DNA of 64,000 bases from Octopus sinensis (GCF_006345805.1 NC_043007.1:73160001-73224000); one strand, 5' to 3'; shown: positions 45,808 through 59,290, counted from the stretch's first letter. A program made the numbers and translations. The notes: a model not told the origin generated them from the letters alone.

Positions 45808-46659
45808 GTAAACTAATTTTATTTTTATTTTGTATGGTTTTAAAGGCACACAGTTCTTTTTGCTAGAGAAACTTACAAAAGAACAAATGTTTTTTTAGCA
45901 TTTTAGTGTGATTTGTAATGACTTGTTCAATCTATCCGTTTTCTCTGCTCACTATTCTCTGGGAGAGTCATGGGGAGAAGTCCTATCAGAAACAACTGTC
46001 ATTAAACTTTCCAGCTAGGTTCCCAAGCATGACCAACTGGGACTATGGATGTTATTCACCTTGTTCTTGGTCTACTCTTGAGTCTCCTGCCAGTTGGTTT
46101 GGCTTGAAGAATCTGGTTTACAATCCTTTTCTGTAAAATTCTAATTATGTCTGTAGTATCAGAGCTGTGATCTCTCAATGTAGAAATGTAGCAGCTCAAT
46201 CTGGAGAGACTCCCTCATCTATGAACTATGCACCCTCTCAAGTAATGTTACTCCAGAGATCATTCAGAGGGACTCCATTTCAGTCTCTCGTATTTGTGAT
46301 CCTTCTCTTTTGGTCATTACCCAAAATGACAGTGACTGTTGTTTACTGCTATAAATCTGACTGAAGAAGGAAGGTAATAGATAACCAGTTCATGGGACAT
46401 GGTTTAACACTTACTGTATGCATTTCATTGTATCTCTGGACATATATTGTACAGGCTTGAGTTCATAATAGCTGTAATAACCATCAGATCTGGGGAAGCT
46501 ATGTAAAAAAGTGACTTCTCCATTTTCTAGATTTATCTCAATTATTTAATACAACAGAGACCAGAATAAAATTCCTATCCACAAACTCCTGATGTTTGTG
46601 AAATGATTATCTTAATAACAAGAAATTTAAAAAAACATGTCTGACTGACTGACTGGCCC

Positions 46660-46850
46660 TCATGCCTGTGGCACGTAAAAGCACCCACTACACTCTTGGA
46701 GTGGTTGGCGTTAGGAAGGGCATCCAGCTGGAGAAACTCTGCCGGATCAGATTGGAGTCTGGTGCAGCCATCTGGTTCGCTAGACCTCAGTCAAATCATC
46801 CAACCCCTGCTAGCATGGAAAGCGGACGTTAAATGATGATGATGATGATG
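46660..46850 (+). mobile_element. RTE-tailed SINE
   Basis: Same body, (GAT)n tail. Confidence 0.85.
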
Positions 46851-47481
46851 CATTCAAAGGCAAAACTATGGTAAATGAAAGAAAAGTTTCCTAATTAGAT
46901 TGACTTGACAAAAATTAAATAATATATTCTTAGATCATATATATTGTTGTGCTAATGCAATACAATTTTAGCATAGCTTATGCTATGTAAGAGAGAATTA
47001 CATAATAAAAGACCAAAAGAAACTGTACTGAATCACTTGTTACTATTATAGTGACTCGTTCAGAAAATAGAATGTCTGTCAGCTCAATATCCTACAATTT
47101 GAGTCCTATTTCTGACTTGCATTTTTTAACGATCTTCCTCTCTTTTCTGTTTTTTTCCTATGAGATACATTTTGTTTGTGACTATATTTTCTATCAGCTC
47201 AATGAAAAAACACAACAGAATGACTTATTCATGTAATCAAGTCACTGTGACCAACAGAAAAAAAAAAGAGAAAAAAATGATTGAGTGTTGTATCTGCTAG
47301 AAATCGTCTTGTTTGAAAAGTTTTATCACTGAGATAATGCAGCATTAATTCAAAACAATGTGAATAAATAAGGATTATACATTTGATAAAGTAATTTGAA
47401 TGCTTCTGCTATAAAGAATGTATAATTTTAGAAACTTTCAGTTAGATGAACTCACAATATTTTCAAAATTTCTTTTTCTAG

Positions 47482-47584
47482 CTTAAACCCTATTCAATTG
47501 ATGAAAATAACTGTCTTTGTGGCACCAAGGGAAACACATGCAAATTATGTGATGTCACAAGTACACATAAAATAGAATTTACTG
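47482..47584 (+). CDS. IL17R: IL-17 receptor-like, exon 10 (Cys-rich juxtamembrane)
   Basis: TTTTTCTAG acceptor; LKPYSIDENNCLCGTKGNTCKLCDVTSTHKIEFT; G|GTTTGT donor; phase 0-1 joins exon 11 as Asp. Confidence 0.8.
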
Positions 47585-49075
47585 GTTTGTAGATTTTTGA
47601 AAAATATTTTGCATTTAATGGTTTAGGATTAATAAAGTTGATTGATTTTGTAATATTAGTAACCAATTCCAAAACAGCTCCTACATTTCAGTTATCAGAA
47701 TCTGCCATAGATTTTGCATTATTTAAGGACTAACTATCTGGTTTCTAGGGGTGAATTAAAAGTAAAATGAATGACCATGGGATTGCACATAGAAAGTTAC
47801 CCTCTGAGGCACAAGTCTGGGCAAGATATTTTATGGAAGACCAGCAGTCACTCATGTATACTAGCCCCCCCCCCCTCGCCATGCCACCAATGTTATTCAA
47901 AGATAAGACAAAGGCTGATACAGCTTGGCACTCATTTCTACAGCTGAGTGAACATGAAATAGAGTATCTTGCTCAAGAACACAACACATAGCCCATTCTG
48001 GGAATCGAACTCACCACCTTGTGATTGTGAGCTTCACGCTCTCACCACTGAGTCGGATCTTCATATCAAATTTATAACAACTGGTTCCTCTATCTTTAGA
48101 CTGGATGTTGATTTTTAGATGCTTCAGTTTATCTTGATTGCAGGAAAACTTGGGAATATTACTTGTGGGAAAAGTCCTACCTCTAATAGAAATTATGTCA
48201 TGTGAAATCAAATCTAATAAATTACTCGTATGCAGATTTAAAATTTTTCTCTATCTCTACTCCTTGTTGGCACTTTCAAACAACAAGGAAATAAAGAAAA
48301 TTTAAAATCTGCCCCCCCCCCCACTCCTTAAAAAAAGTCTTGATTTGAGCCAAGATGGAAAAGATGTGTACAAGCAGGAAAGTATTGGAAGAATATTGTG
48401 ACCAATACTGTATAACACCAATCCAGTATTATTGTTGATACAAGTCACCTTGTATATTTAAAGGCTTTAGATATGTTTGGTCTACAAGATTTCTAAAGAA
48501 AGTTCATTCATAATTGAGTGGTTGTTATTTTTTGATTTTAAATTTTGCTATTGATAAAATTTTGAAATTTCTGTTGCTTCTGAATAACAGACTCAGCTAC
48601 AAACCAATAACAGTTATAGTGACAGCCTTGTTGTTAAATGTTATAATTAGTAGAAGGAATAGACAATCTTTGAGCATATCATGCTACTGTTGTTGCCTCT
48701 ATACCAAATCACTTAATTTATATATCTATGGAGTCGTATATTCATAGCAGTAATAGAAATAGATATAAGTGTTCTGGAACTGTTTGATTCACGATTACTT
48801 TTCCATCAATAGTCTTGGGTAATTTTCCAGGAACAGTTTTATTAATAGTCATTAGAGAAATACACTTATTAGATGTTGGGAAGTATTTTTCTCTTCTGAT
48901 TTCTTCTGTAGGATGTTTATAACAAGACAGTTTTAGTGGGGTTTTAACTCATAAAGCACTGAGATTTGCACTTACATAGCATGGACTGCTGAGCACGTTT
49001 TATGAAAATGAGATGACCATGCACACATAAAAATTTTTTTAAATAGTTAAAATATCTTCTTAGTATACAATGGTA

Positions 49076-49465
49076 GGCGCAGGAGTGGCTGTGTGGTAAG
49101 TAGCTTGTTTACCAACCACATGGTTCCAGGTTCAGTCCCACTGTGTGGCACCTTGGGCAAGTGTCTTCTACTATAGCCTCGGGCCGACCAAAGCCTTGTG
49201 AGTAGATTTGGTAGACGGAAACTGAAAGAAGCCCGTCGTATATATGTATATATATATATATATGCGTGTGTGTGTTTGTCCCCTTAGCATTGCTTGACAA
49301 CCAATGCTGGTGTGTTTATGTCCCCGTTACTTAGCGGTTCGGCAAAAAGAGACCGATAGAATAAGTACTGGGCTTACAAAAGAATAAGTCCGAGGTCGAG
49401 TTGCTCGATTAAAGGCGGTGCTCCAGCATGGCCGCAGTCAAATGACTGAAACAAGTAAAAGAGTA
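49076..49465 (+). mobile_element. Full-length CORE-type SINE
   Basis: GGCGCAGGAGTGGCTGTGTGG ... GAAACAAGTAAAAGAGTAA. Confidence 0.9.
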
Positions 49466-49733
49466 ATGGTGGCAAGTTTTACATCATCTGAAAAATCATT
49501 AGTTGAACTGTTAGTCCTCTTGCATTCTGGGGGGGGGGGGATTATCGGAGTGTTTGAGTGACATTAGACCCCAACAAATGCCCATAAATTAAATGCATCT
49601 ATCTGGGCCATGATTATAGCCCATCACGCTTTACGTGTTAACCATTAAAATCTCAGACTAAAAGTAAAAATTTCAAAATGAAATGGTAATTATATGAAAT
49701 ATAACTATTTAGAAATTGTGTTTTGTCTTTCAG

Positions 49734-49853
49734 ATATATGTCCGAGAAATCCAACTCCAGAACCAGACATGATTAAAAATATTACTGTTGCAATTATTGT
49801 TATAGCTGCAATTATTTCGATTTTAGTCATTATGAAATGTGTCTTATGTAAAA
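49734..49853 (+). CDS. IL17R: IL-17 receptor-like, exon 11 (transmembrane)
   Basis: TCTTTCAG acceptor; ICPRNPTPEPDMIKNITVAIIVIAAIISILVIMKCVLCK; GTAAGT donor; 120 bp, phase 1-1. Confidence 0.9.
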
Positions 49854-50110
49854 GTAAGTTGAAAATATGTTTCTATGGTATAATATCATTGTTTTATGTT
49901 TTGTTTAAAAGCCACAAGTACTTTTTTGATATTTCAACAAGTATTCGTAATGTTAGCAGTGTTATTTTGAAATCTTGTTAGACTTTGGTTCCTTTTATTA
50001 GCACAAAAACCACAAAAGATAGCTTTTGATTGAAAATGATGCAGAATTTAGTATTCAAGTGAATTTACAAACCATTGGAAGGTCATTAATGATAATAATA
50101 ATTATGTAAA

Positions 50111-51157
50111 CTAGCTGAACCTGTGAAAATTTCACGGAAAACATAAAAAATGCAAGCATCTGTAAATAGTGATTTCATTTAATAACTATCAAATAATTAT
50201 GTATAAGCAGGACCTTGGGAAATTCTACAGAATACAAAAAATGTAAGCATCTTTAAATAGTAACCATATTTAACTATTAAATAATTTTTTTATTTTTATG
50301 TTATACTACTGATGATCGTAAATTTTTATGCAATATAATTTGATATTTTTTAAATTGGACACTTCATATACATGCACATTGCTCACTCCCACATCCCCAG
50401 GTGGTGTGAGCATTGAAGATTTTTTGTTTAACTATTACCACCTGTAGTCCAAAGTCCATCCCCTCCACACCGTGGTGGGGACGCTGGCAACGAGTAATGT
50501 TAGAGCTATGCCGTTGAGAACTTTGGTTCCTGGTAGGGCCACCCAAGGCAGATTGGTCTGACACCGAGTGGTATTAGGGCCACAACCTGGCACAACTGGG
50601 GTTGATCTAATCGACTGACCCCCTCCCCCCCCCCAAATTTCGGGCTTTGTGCCTAGAGTAGAAAAGAATATTGCATGCTCGTTGTCTGTGTGTTGAACAT
50701 GTGTTTTTATTGAATACGTAGTGATCAGGAATTTTGCAATACAGAAAAGGGCATGAATTTATATCATTTTGGTTTGATTTGAACCAAGAAGTTAATGTTG
50801 TGTCACATACTCAAGCTCTATTAACTGCTCCTTGTTGCTCTCCCTGTCGATAATACACTTTCTGTTCACCTGGAAGATGTACAGCTAGATGGTACACTGT
50901 ACGAGATTGGCTATGCATAGGATAGTTGGAGAGGCACCACATTGCTTCAGGAGCGGAAACATATCTGCAGGACAAGAATTGTTTTATTTCCTCATACTGT
51001 TGACGCAGTCTTATTTCTCCACCTTCAGTGGCATTTTGTTGGTCTGAAATAAATTCCATCACTGAACAGTTATGTCCTTTATAAACATATTTAAAAAGAT
51101 ATTTTATGCTTTTAACTGATGAAGTTAATATAACAGTCAGATAGATAGATAGATAGA
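50111..51157 (-). mobile_element. Helitron deletion derivative with both termini
   Basis: 3' CTAG|T at 50111-14 preceded by hairpin CCGTGAAATTTTCACAGG; 5' TC(TATC)n at ~51157; RepHel piece YEEIKQFLSCRYVSAPEAMW...VYHLAVHLPGEQ (50811..51062). Confidence 0.8.
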
Positions 51158-51499
51158 TAAATGGGCAATATTTCTTCTTACAGTTTCCATATTTTCAATG
51201 GCTTTATCATATGTTATCCAAAACGAAAAGTTTTCCTGCATTTTCTCTATGACGAAATGAGAACAGTTTCATTCTCTTCCACTATTATTCTCTATCCACT
51301 CCCTTCCTTCACTCAATCTATCTCTCTAAATCTCTCCCTCCTCTATATCTCCTTGCCTCTCACCCATCCTCCTGCATTTAACACGTTATCTCTCTTTTTA
51401 CCTCTTCCTTTCAACTAAGTGTGACACACACCACAAGTGTAGGTATTAGCATATTATTATTATTTAGGACAAATGAATTTTGAGAAAATCTGAAATTTA

Positions 51500-52170
51500 G
51501 TGATCGTTCCTTCTAATGCTTTGTTTGAACATTACTTATGGGATGATCTAATATATTTCTTAGTCAATGAAAGAGAGGATGTGCTTATAGACTTTCAGGC
51601 CTATCTATGCTGGTGAGGTTGATGATGTTAACTTTTGTGGGAATTCCCTTGATAGGCGGAGAAAAAAATATAAGTCAGGAAGGAGTTTCAGAGGGATGCA
51701 GTTTGTGAAAAAGGGATTTAGTAAAATGTTTTGCACAAGATTAGAAGGAGGTTAGACATATCAGGGGTAAAGAAAAGAGAAGCAGCAAGTATAGTGGATG
51801 GGCCTGTCTTGCTAATTTAGAGGAGCAGAATGGTTTGGACATGTGTGCTGGGATCACATCCAGTTTTGAACTGACTTTTTAAAGGTGTGAAGAGCTTCAT
51901 AATTTTGCTTGTCATTGTTGTACAGGGCTGTGCAAGTCTTCTTTTATGTAATTTCGGTTTGAGAACATGTGCTACTGAGGCTAGGTTTTGGTAACTGCTT
52001 CTATGTATATGAAAGTAATCAGTTCTGGTTATACTTCACAAGAACTTTCGGAAAGTGTGTTCATAGTCATAAAGTTGCCACAGATTACAGCAGATGTAGT
52101 TTGCCATTTTAAATTGACCAGTTTAAGATCAAGACAGATTTGGTAGTACTTCCACACTAAACTGCTGCTG
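51500..52170 (-). mobile_element. Degenerate CR1/L2-group LINE 3' fragment (similar remnant 57110-57400)
   Basis: Purine-rich plus strand with decayed RT C-terminal/3' UTR character; no clean motif. Confidence 0.4.
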
Positions 52171-52442
52171 TCTACTCTTATATAATAAGTAAACGTACTT
52201 TTGAAGCCTTAACTACACAGACAACTCTAGTAAAATTACTAACATACACATCATTTGCAATCCTGCAATGCAACATGTACTGAACAGTTAACATTATATT
52301 CACTTCACTAATGAGATACTGAGGCATCAAAATTTACCAACCATTGACTAACAGGTCAATAGTACTTAGGTTATTTCTAGCACCATTTGTTTATAGTTTC
52401 CAATTTCCTTTTTTCACCTTCAAAATTTCTATTGAAACATAT

Positions 52443-52840
52443 TTACTCTTTATTCTTACTCTTTTTACTGGTTCCAGTCATTTGACTGCGACCATGCTGG
52501 AGCCCCGCCTTTAGTTGAGCAAAGCGACCCCAGGACTTACTCTTTGTAAGCCTTGTACTTATTCTATCAGTCTCTTTTGCCGAACTGCTAAGTAACAGGG
52601 ACATAAACACACCAGCATCGGTTGTCAAGTGATGTTGGGGGGGACAGACACACACACACATATATATATATATATACGACAGGCTTCTTTCAGTTTCCGT
52701 CTACCAAATCCACTCACAAGGCTTTGGTCGGCCCGAGGCTATAGTAGAAGACACTTGCCCAAGGTGCCACGCAGTGGGACTGAACCTGGAACCATGTGGT
52801 TGGTAAGCAAGCTACTTACCACACAGCCACTCCTACACCT
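52443..52840 (-). mobile_element. Full-length CORE-type SINE
   Basis: Reverse complement of 49076 copy. Confidence 0.9.
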
Positions 52841-52982
52841 ATATTTAGTCATATTTATTTTCTGTTTCCCTCTTCGTACACTTTTTCCCCACAATATTTT
52901 GCAATTTTTCAAGGGTTAAGCATATTTTTTTTAGTGAAATTGTAACAATTCAATTTATTTTCTCTCTCTTTCATCTTTACAG

Positions 52983-53749
52983 GTTCCAAAAAGCTTCCAA
53001 AGAAATATGCCATGTTATTGTGCCTCAATGATCATTTTTTGCATGATAAGGCTGTGCAACAGTTAATTAAATATTTGGAAGATTTTGGAGTGATTGTTCA
53101 CCATGCCAAAAAATTTGGTAAATGTGTCTTTGATGTATATGATATTGTTCTTCTTATAAATTCTACTGCATTGGCTGAGAGACAGAAGGCTTGGGCTGAA
53201 GGAAAAGATTATGAAAAATTTTTTACGGAAGAACATTCAAGTAACCTGACCAATCAAACATTCATATTGATTGATGAATTAAACCTTGAAAAAGACTGCC
53301 ATAAAATAATAAGCTTGAAATTTGACCACACTCCTGACAGTCCAGTGTTTAAGCATTATCCTTCACAAAATGGAAATTTTTCTATACCAAGAAATTTATT
53401 TGACATGGTTAAAAGTATGGTTGATGTTTCAATAAGATTTCGAGGATTTTTTAAAAAGCAAGCATTACTGAATGCCATCAGCAATGCTGCAGAATATGAA
53501 AGATGCAATAAAAATTGGTTTTCAGAAAAATATGGTGACCCCATTCCTGAAAATTTGATCTCCTCTTTATACAGCAAAGATAGAAAAAGTACGAAAAAGA
53601 ATAACAATAACTTTAATATAGATTGTTCAATTAACAGCTGCAGTGTAAGTGAATTGCTCCACACATTACAAAAGAAAAATGATGAAGGAAATCTATTGAA
53701 CTTTTTTAACATAAACAATATTGAAAACAGTAGTATACTAAATGTTTAA
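52983..53749 (+). CDS. IL17R: IL-17 receptor-like, exon 12 (SEFIR cytoplasmic domain, stop)
   Basis: TCTTTACAG acceptor; AMLLCLNDHFLHDKAVQQLIKYL, YDIVLLINS, KIISLKFDHT SEFIR-like boxes; LNAISNAAEYERCNKNWF resembles IL17RA ...RDWQxxCPDWF; ORF 53012..53749. Confidence 0.85.
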
Positions 53750-56152
53750 GACAATCTACAAGCAATGTTTCCTTTCAGTTTTATGTAACTGAATGATACT
53801 ACTATTATGGGTTAGATTTACTTTGCAGTTTACTGTAAGACAGCTAGCCTTAACTGCCACTGTTGAAATGTTATGTTAGGGGCATGACAGTCTTGAAATC
53901 TTGATTCTTCTTTCAGATGTGTGTGAAGTATATAGTACTAGGAGTGAACATTTCATTTTTCTATTACTGTTGTGTTTAAACCAGCCATATCTGGCCCCAA
54001 ATATTCTACCTGCTTTGTGTTCAAGTCAGCTACATCCGACCTCTCATACCTACACTCCAATGTCATTCCAACAGTAAACAATCACATCATCAAAATCTCA
54101 AAATAATACATGATCAATTCATAACAATGTGAATAAATAAACACTACATTTGACAGAATAATCTGAATGCTAAAGGGTTAAAGATATCAAATGGCATTGT
54201 TGTAGTGAAAAAAAGGAGCAAGTTCCTGGTTTCAAGATTTCACCACAATTATCCACTACACTTGTAATATCCAACTGTTGTCAATGAAATTTAGATGGAC
54301 ACACTCTGCAGGCTTCATTCATCACCCAATAAACCTTTAAGGGTTATGGAAAATTTACAGAAAAAACTGAAGACACTTAAGTAACAGAGGCTGTAGTGGT
54401 GACCTTAGGTGCCTTGTGTATTCTAAGCTGAAATCCCCTTTGAGATCAACCTTGCTTTTCTTCAAGGGTCAATGAAATAGGTACTAATTCTGTACTAGAT
54501 TTGATTCAACCTATTCTGGTGAGAGATATGCCTGTCTTGTACAAATATAATAAATAAAACATATTCAAATGAGCTGAATTTAGGAGTCAGTTTTGGTTCC
54601 ATTTGAAACTTATATTTCTAATAACTTTTAAAAAAAATGAGAATCTCATGTTTTACTATTCCTTCATTAAAATCTCAACTCTGAAGTTTTGTGTTGATTA
54701 AACTTGAATCCTTGCTATTTGGTGCTAGATCATTTTAATCAAACAATTCATCTTATCAGACAAACATAGAATGTGATATTTACTAATTACACAGTCCAAT
54801 TTCTTAATACTCCTTTTTCATAAACCATTGTATATTTTCTTATAAAAATATATTTTTGCTTTGGGAAAAAGAAAAAGACCTAAAAAAAAAAAACAAAAGA
54901 CACTGAGAAATATCTTTTGTTGTTAAAAACATTGCATTTCTTGATTGTTTTCTTATTTGTTTTAAAAATTGTCTAAAAAAAAACATTTAATTTGTTAAAC
55001 ATACCTATTGTTATGCATTTATATAAATAATAAAATAAATTGTTCAAACTGTTGTGTTTTTATGAATTAACTATTAATATTTTTAATGTAAACTAACACC
55101 AAGGCTTGATCTTTCCCAAGTTTATAGCAGGTATCAGATTAGTTACACATGGCCTACGTTTTTTTTTCTTCTTGAAAAGATGTGCCTTTATACAAAATTT
55201 CAGGGACTGAAATGTATAATTGTAGCCTTCAGTTTATTAGAATGATATTAGACATAAGTACCATTTTGGGATAGGCAAGCATCTGTTCCATGGTTGGACT
55301 CAAATGACATATCTATCATTTATTGCATTACTACATAACTAATTATACTAAGAGGATGTACAATTCCATCTCAAATTATTGTTTGTGCTATTTTACTCTA
55401 TTTTATCTTTATAACATCAGATGTTGGCCACTTAAGGCAGGCAGGATTGGCTCTTCTATAAATGCTCCACTTGTGTATGATGATGGCAGTGTTTAAATAT
55501 CAGTTAAGAACCTACTAAAATTTCATGTTTGTAGGCACTCTGTACTTATAATTTAAGCTCTTCAAAATTTACTAAAACACATTATTCATCATCATCACCA
55601 CTTAACCTCTCTATTTTCCATGCTGGCATAGATTAGGTGATTTGACAAGAGAGTCACAAGACTGCACCCAGCTCCAATGTCTGCTTTGTGGTTTCTACAG
55701 CAGGATGCCCTTCTTAACATATATCACTTTATACATTGTCATGAATGCTTTTTATGTGGCTCCAGCACCTGTGAGGTTACTAAATAATTAGCAAAACAAG
55801 ACCCCACATATGGCAGGGCATTATTAGTACCATTATTTTACATCTGTACTGTCACTAAGTGTTAAAAACTATATAATAAAGACATTATATTGGCAGACGA
55901 AAATTTCATCAACACTGGCAAATGGGACTGTTGTATCAAGTGATTTCAGTGTAAATTGCAATTTTATCAGCAACAGGCTACCTACCACCAAATGTCTGTT
56001 GGTGATGAAGCACAAATTACACTGAAATTATGTGATACAACAGCCCCATCTGCTAGTGTTGATGAAATTGCGTCTACTGTTATAATCTGTGCTTTGTTAG
56101 CATTTAATGTCTACACAAGATGATTTCTCACGATAATAACCACAGTTTACAG

Positions 56153-56534
56153 CAGGGTTTCTCAACCATTTTTTTCATCTATGAGCCCCTTTGATTACTA
56201 TTTTGTTCTGGTGGACCCCATAGCCATTCGATGTTTAAAAACTAGTCTTATAGAAACTTTTTTTCAAAATTCCTATTTTGTTTCTCAAACATTAACTTGT
56301 GTAGGCTGAACTCTCTCTCTCTTTACTCTTTTACTTGTTTCAGTCATTTGACTGTGGCCATGCTGGAGCACCGCCTCTAGTCGAGCAAATCAACCCCGGG
56401 ACTTATTCTTTTTTTTTTGTAAGCCCAGTACTTATTCTATCGGTCTTTTTTTGCCGAACTGCTAAGTGACGGGGACGTAAACACACCAGCATCGGTTGTC
56501 AAGCAATGCTAGGGGAACAAACACAGACACAGAA

Positions 56535-56567
<33 letters not shown>

Positions 56568-56896
56568 CATATATATACGACAGGCTTCTTTCAGTTTCCG
56601 TCTACCAAATCCACTCACAAGGCTTTGGTCGGCCCGGGGCTATAGCAGAAGACACTTGCCCAAGATGCCACGCAGTGGGACTGAACCCGGAACCATGTGG
56701 TTGGTTAGCAAGCTACTTACCACACATCCACTCCTGCGTAAAACACTTGAGAAAGAAACATTTGTTTCTTACAATACATACATCTAAATCAAAATTTATT
56801 CAGGGGCCCTTAAAATACTACTGTAGATCCCCAATTTACTATTTTGTTGTGTGGGCCCTGCCAAAATCTTATATGGACCCTGGCTGAGAACGACTG
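56153..56896. mobile_element. hAT-family MITE with nested CORE-SINE (56325-56737, -)
   Basis: CAGGGTTTCTCAACC / GGCTGAGAACGACTG TIRs; 8-bp TSD GTTTACAG/GTGTACAG. Confidence 0.8.
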
Positions 56897-58804
56897 GTGT
56901 ACAGCATTCAAAACAATAAGTTGGATGTCATCACCATCATTTAATGGTTTCCACGCTGGGTTGGGTTGGACGGTTTGACAGAAGTTGCACCTGGTTCTAT
57001 CATCCATTTTGGCATTGTTTCTACAGCTTGATGCCATTCTGAAACACCAACCACTCCGAGAGTGTACTGGGGGATTTTTAAATAGCACCAGCACCAACAG
57101 GATTACCAAGTACCTTGCAAAACAAGGATCTCTCAACTGGGAAGGTGGAAGAGTAGTATCGAGGGTGTGTGGCTTAGTGCCATTTAAGGTATAGAGGAGA
57201 TAATTGTCTTGCTGTAGAGTAGATACATAGATACTCCAACTGGAAAACAAAGGAAAGTGACTAGAGGAGACTTTTGCACTTGGTATATATGTTTGCTTAG
57301 TGGAGTCAAAAGGGATAGTTTGGGAGGAGATTTACCTGCTATATGTAGTGTAGAATTAGATGCAAAGTAAGTATCCTGGTGATTACTGTCAACTCAGAGA
57401 GCTGATAACCTGGTTTGCATGGCATATAAGTGACTGATGTCCCAACATTTCCCTTGAGAATGAGACCTCAGTCTGTTGTAGGTTTACTCATTTAGAGCAG
57501 ACTGGACTGAGTGAAATGAAGTGTTTTGCTCAAGAACATAACACTCCACCCAGTTTGAGAATTGAAACCACGATCAAAAGAGCAACACCGCAACCACTAG
57601 GCCACACACTGTCACATGAAGTTAGATGCAAAACTGGCAGAAAATGTTGAGGCTTTTTCCATGCCAGGGCCCCTTTCCAAATAATGGTTGAGATATGGTA
57701 GAAAAGAAGATTTCACAAAGTTGGTTTAGTTTGTAAAAAATAAAAAAAATGAGATCTTACAGGTTATATAATGAATAGAGGCATCTATTGCAGCTTATAT
57801 GTGCTGGTTTTGCAGTTGTTGTTAGTTATAAGTTTTGTAGTTAGTAAGGATGGCTGACTTTCTCTTTCCACCTCTACCCCAGCCACCCCACTCACTCTTA
57901 CATAATGATAGAAGCCATGTGTCTTTTCTATGGCAAGAAACCTATCCGAGACCCTTCTCTCATACTTTAACCGCTATCACCTAGCATATAGCTGTCTTTC
58001 TCACTCTCTCTCCCTGCTCAGTTGAAGAGCTTAGTCTTGCAAGATACATGGCAAGCTCATTAATACTGGTGCCACTTAAAAAATACCCAGTACACTCTGT
58101 AAAAAATGTGGTTGGCATCAAAAAGGGCATTCAGCCATAGAAATTATGTCAAAGTAGACAGTGGTGTTTGATGTAGTCCCCCAGCCTGGTGAATCTTGTC
58201 AAACTCCAACCCATACAAGAACGGAAGGTGGACATTAAAAGAGGATGATGATGCTTGTGTGTTTAGATTTACAAAAGCAAGAACTGGTTCTCAATACATT
58301 GGAGTAGAATTTATTCATTTTGATCTACAGTTAATGATTTATTGTCATTCTTTAGTGTTTCTTGCCATTTGCAACTGTTCAAGTGTATTCAAGATAAATA
58401 CATAATCCTAGTAAAAGAACAGTTAAATAATTTATGGCTAAGAGAACTACTCTAGATTAGGAAGAAATCCAGTTGGAACAAAGATAGGATCTTGTATCTT
58501 CTTTTCAAGAGTCTACGTCATTATGTGAGATAGATATTTATTAAATATATGTAGGTCACACCTTGCATTGTGGGAGTATGAAGTTGCTCTATCTTTGTTA
58601 TTCCAGGTTTAGGGAACATTTTAAATTTTACTATTCATTAATTTCTAGATATATTGCAATAAAATGTTAGAATTCTCAATCCCTTGAATGAATGAATGTG
58701 TTGATTGAATCTAATCTTAAAGTTGTTTGCAATGAATCTGCTTGATATCATCTGTAGATATTATGCTTGCTCTATAAACTGTTGCCTTAGAGAGACATGA
58801 TAAC

Positions 58805-59290
58805 CATCATCATCATCATCATTTAACGTCTGTTTTCCATGCTAGCATGGGTTGGACGGTTCAACTGGGGTCTGGGAAACCAGAAGGTTGCACCAGGCCC
58901 AGTCTGATCTGGCAGTGTTTCTACAGCTGGATGCCCTTCCTAACGCCAACCACTCTGTGAGTGTAGTGGGTGCTTTTTACGAGCCACCTGCACAGGTGCC
59001 AGATGAGGCTGGCAAACAGCCATGATCGGATGGTGGTTTTTACGTGCCACCGGCACGGGAGCCAGACGAGGCTGGCAACGGCCACAATCGGATGATGCTT
59101 TTTACGTGCCACCGGCACAGAGGCCTGTCGGGGCAGCGCTGGTAACGGCCACGTTCGGATAGTTCTCTTACGTGCCACTGGCACTGGTATCACAGCTACA
59201 ATTTCCATTGATGTTGATCGATTTCGATTTTGATTTTCACTTGCCTCAATTTTGATTTGAATTTTGATTTTGATTTTGAATCCAAGTGGT
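58805..59290 (-). mobile_element. RTE-tailed SINE with four 5' subrepeats and (ATTTTG)n expansion
   Basis: (CAT)n tail at 58805; TTACG(A/T)GCCAC..GCAC hairpins at ~58978, 59040, 59101, 59168. Confidence 0.9.
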
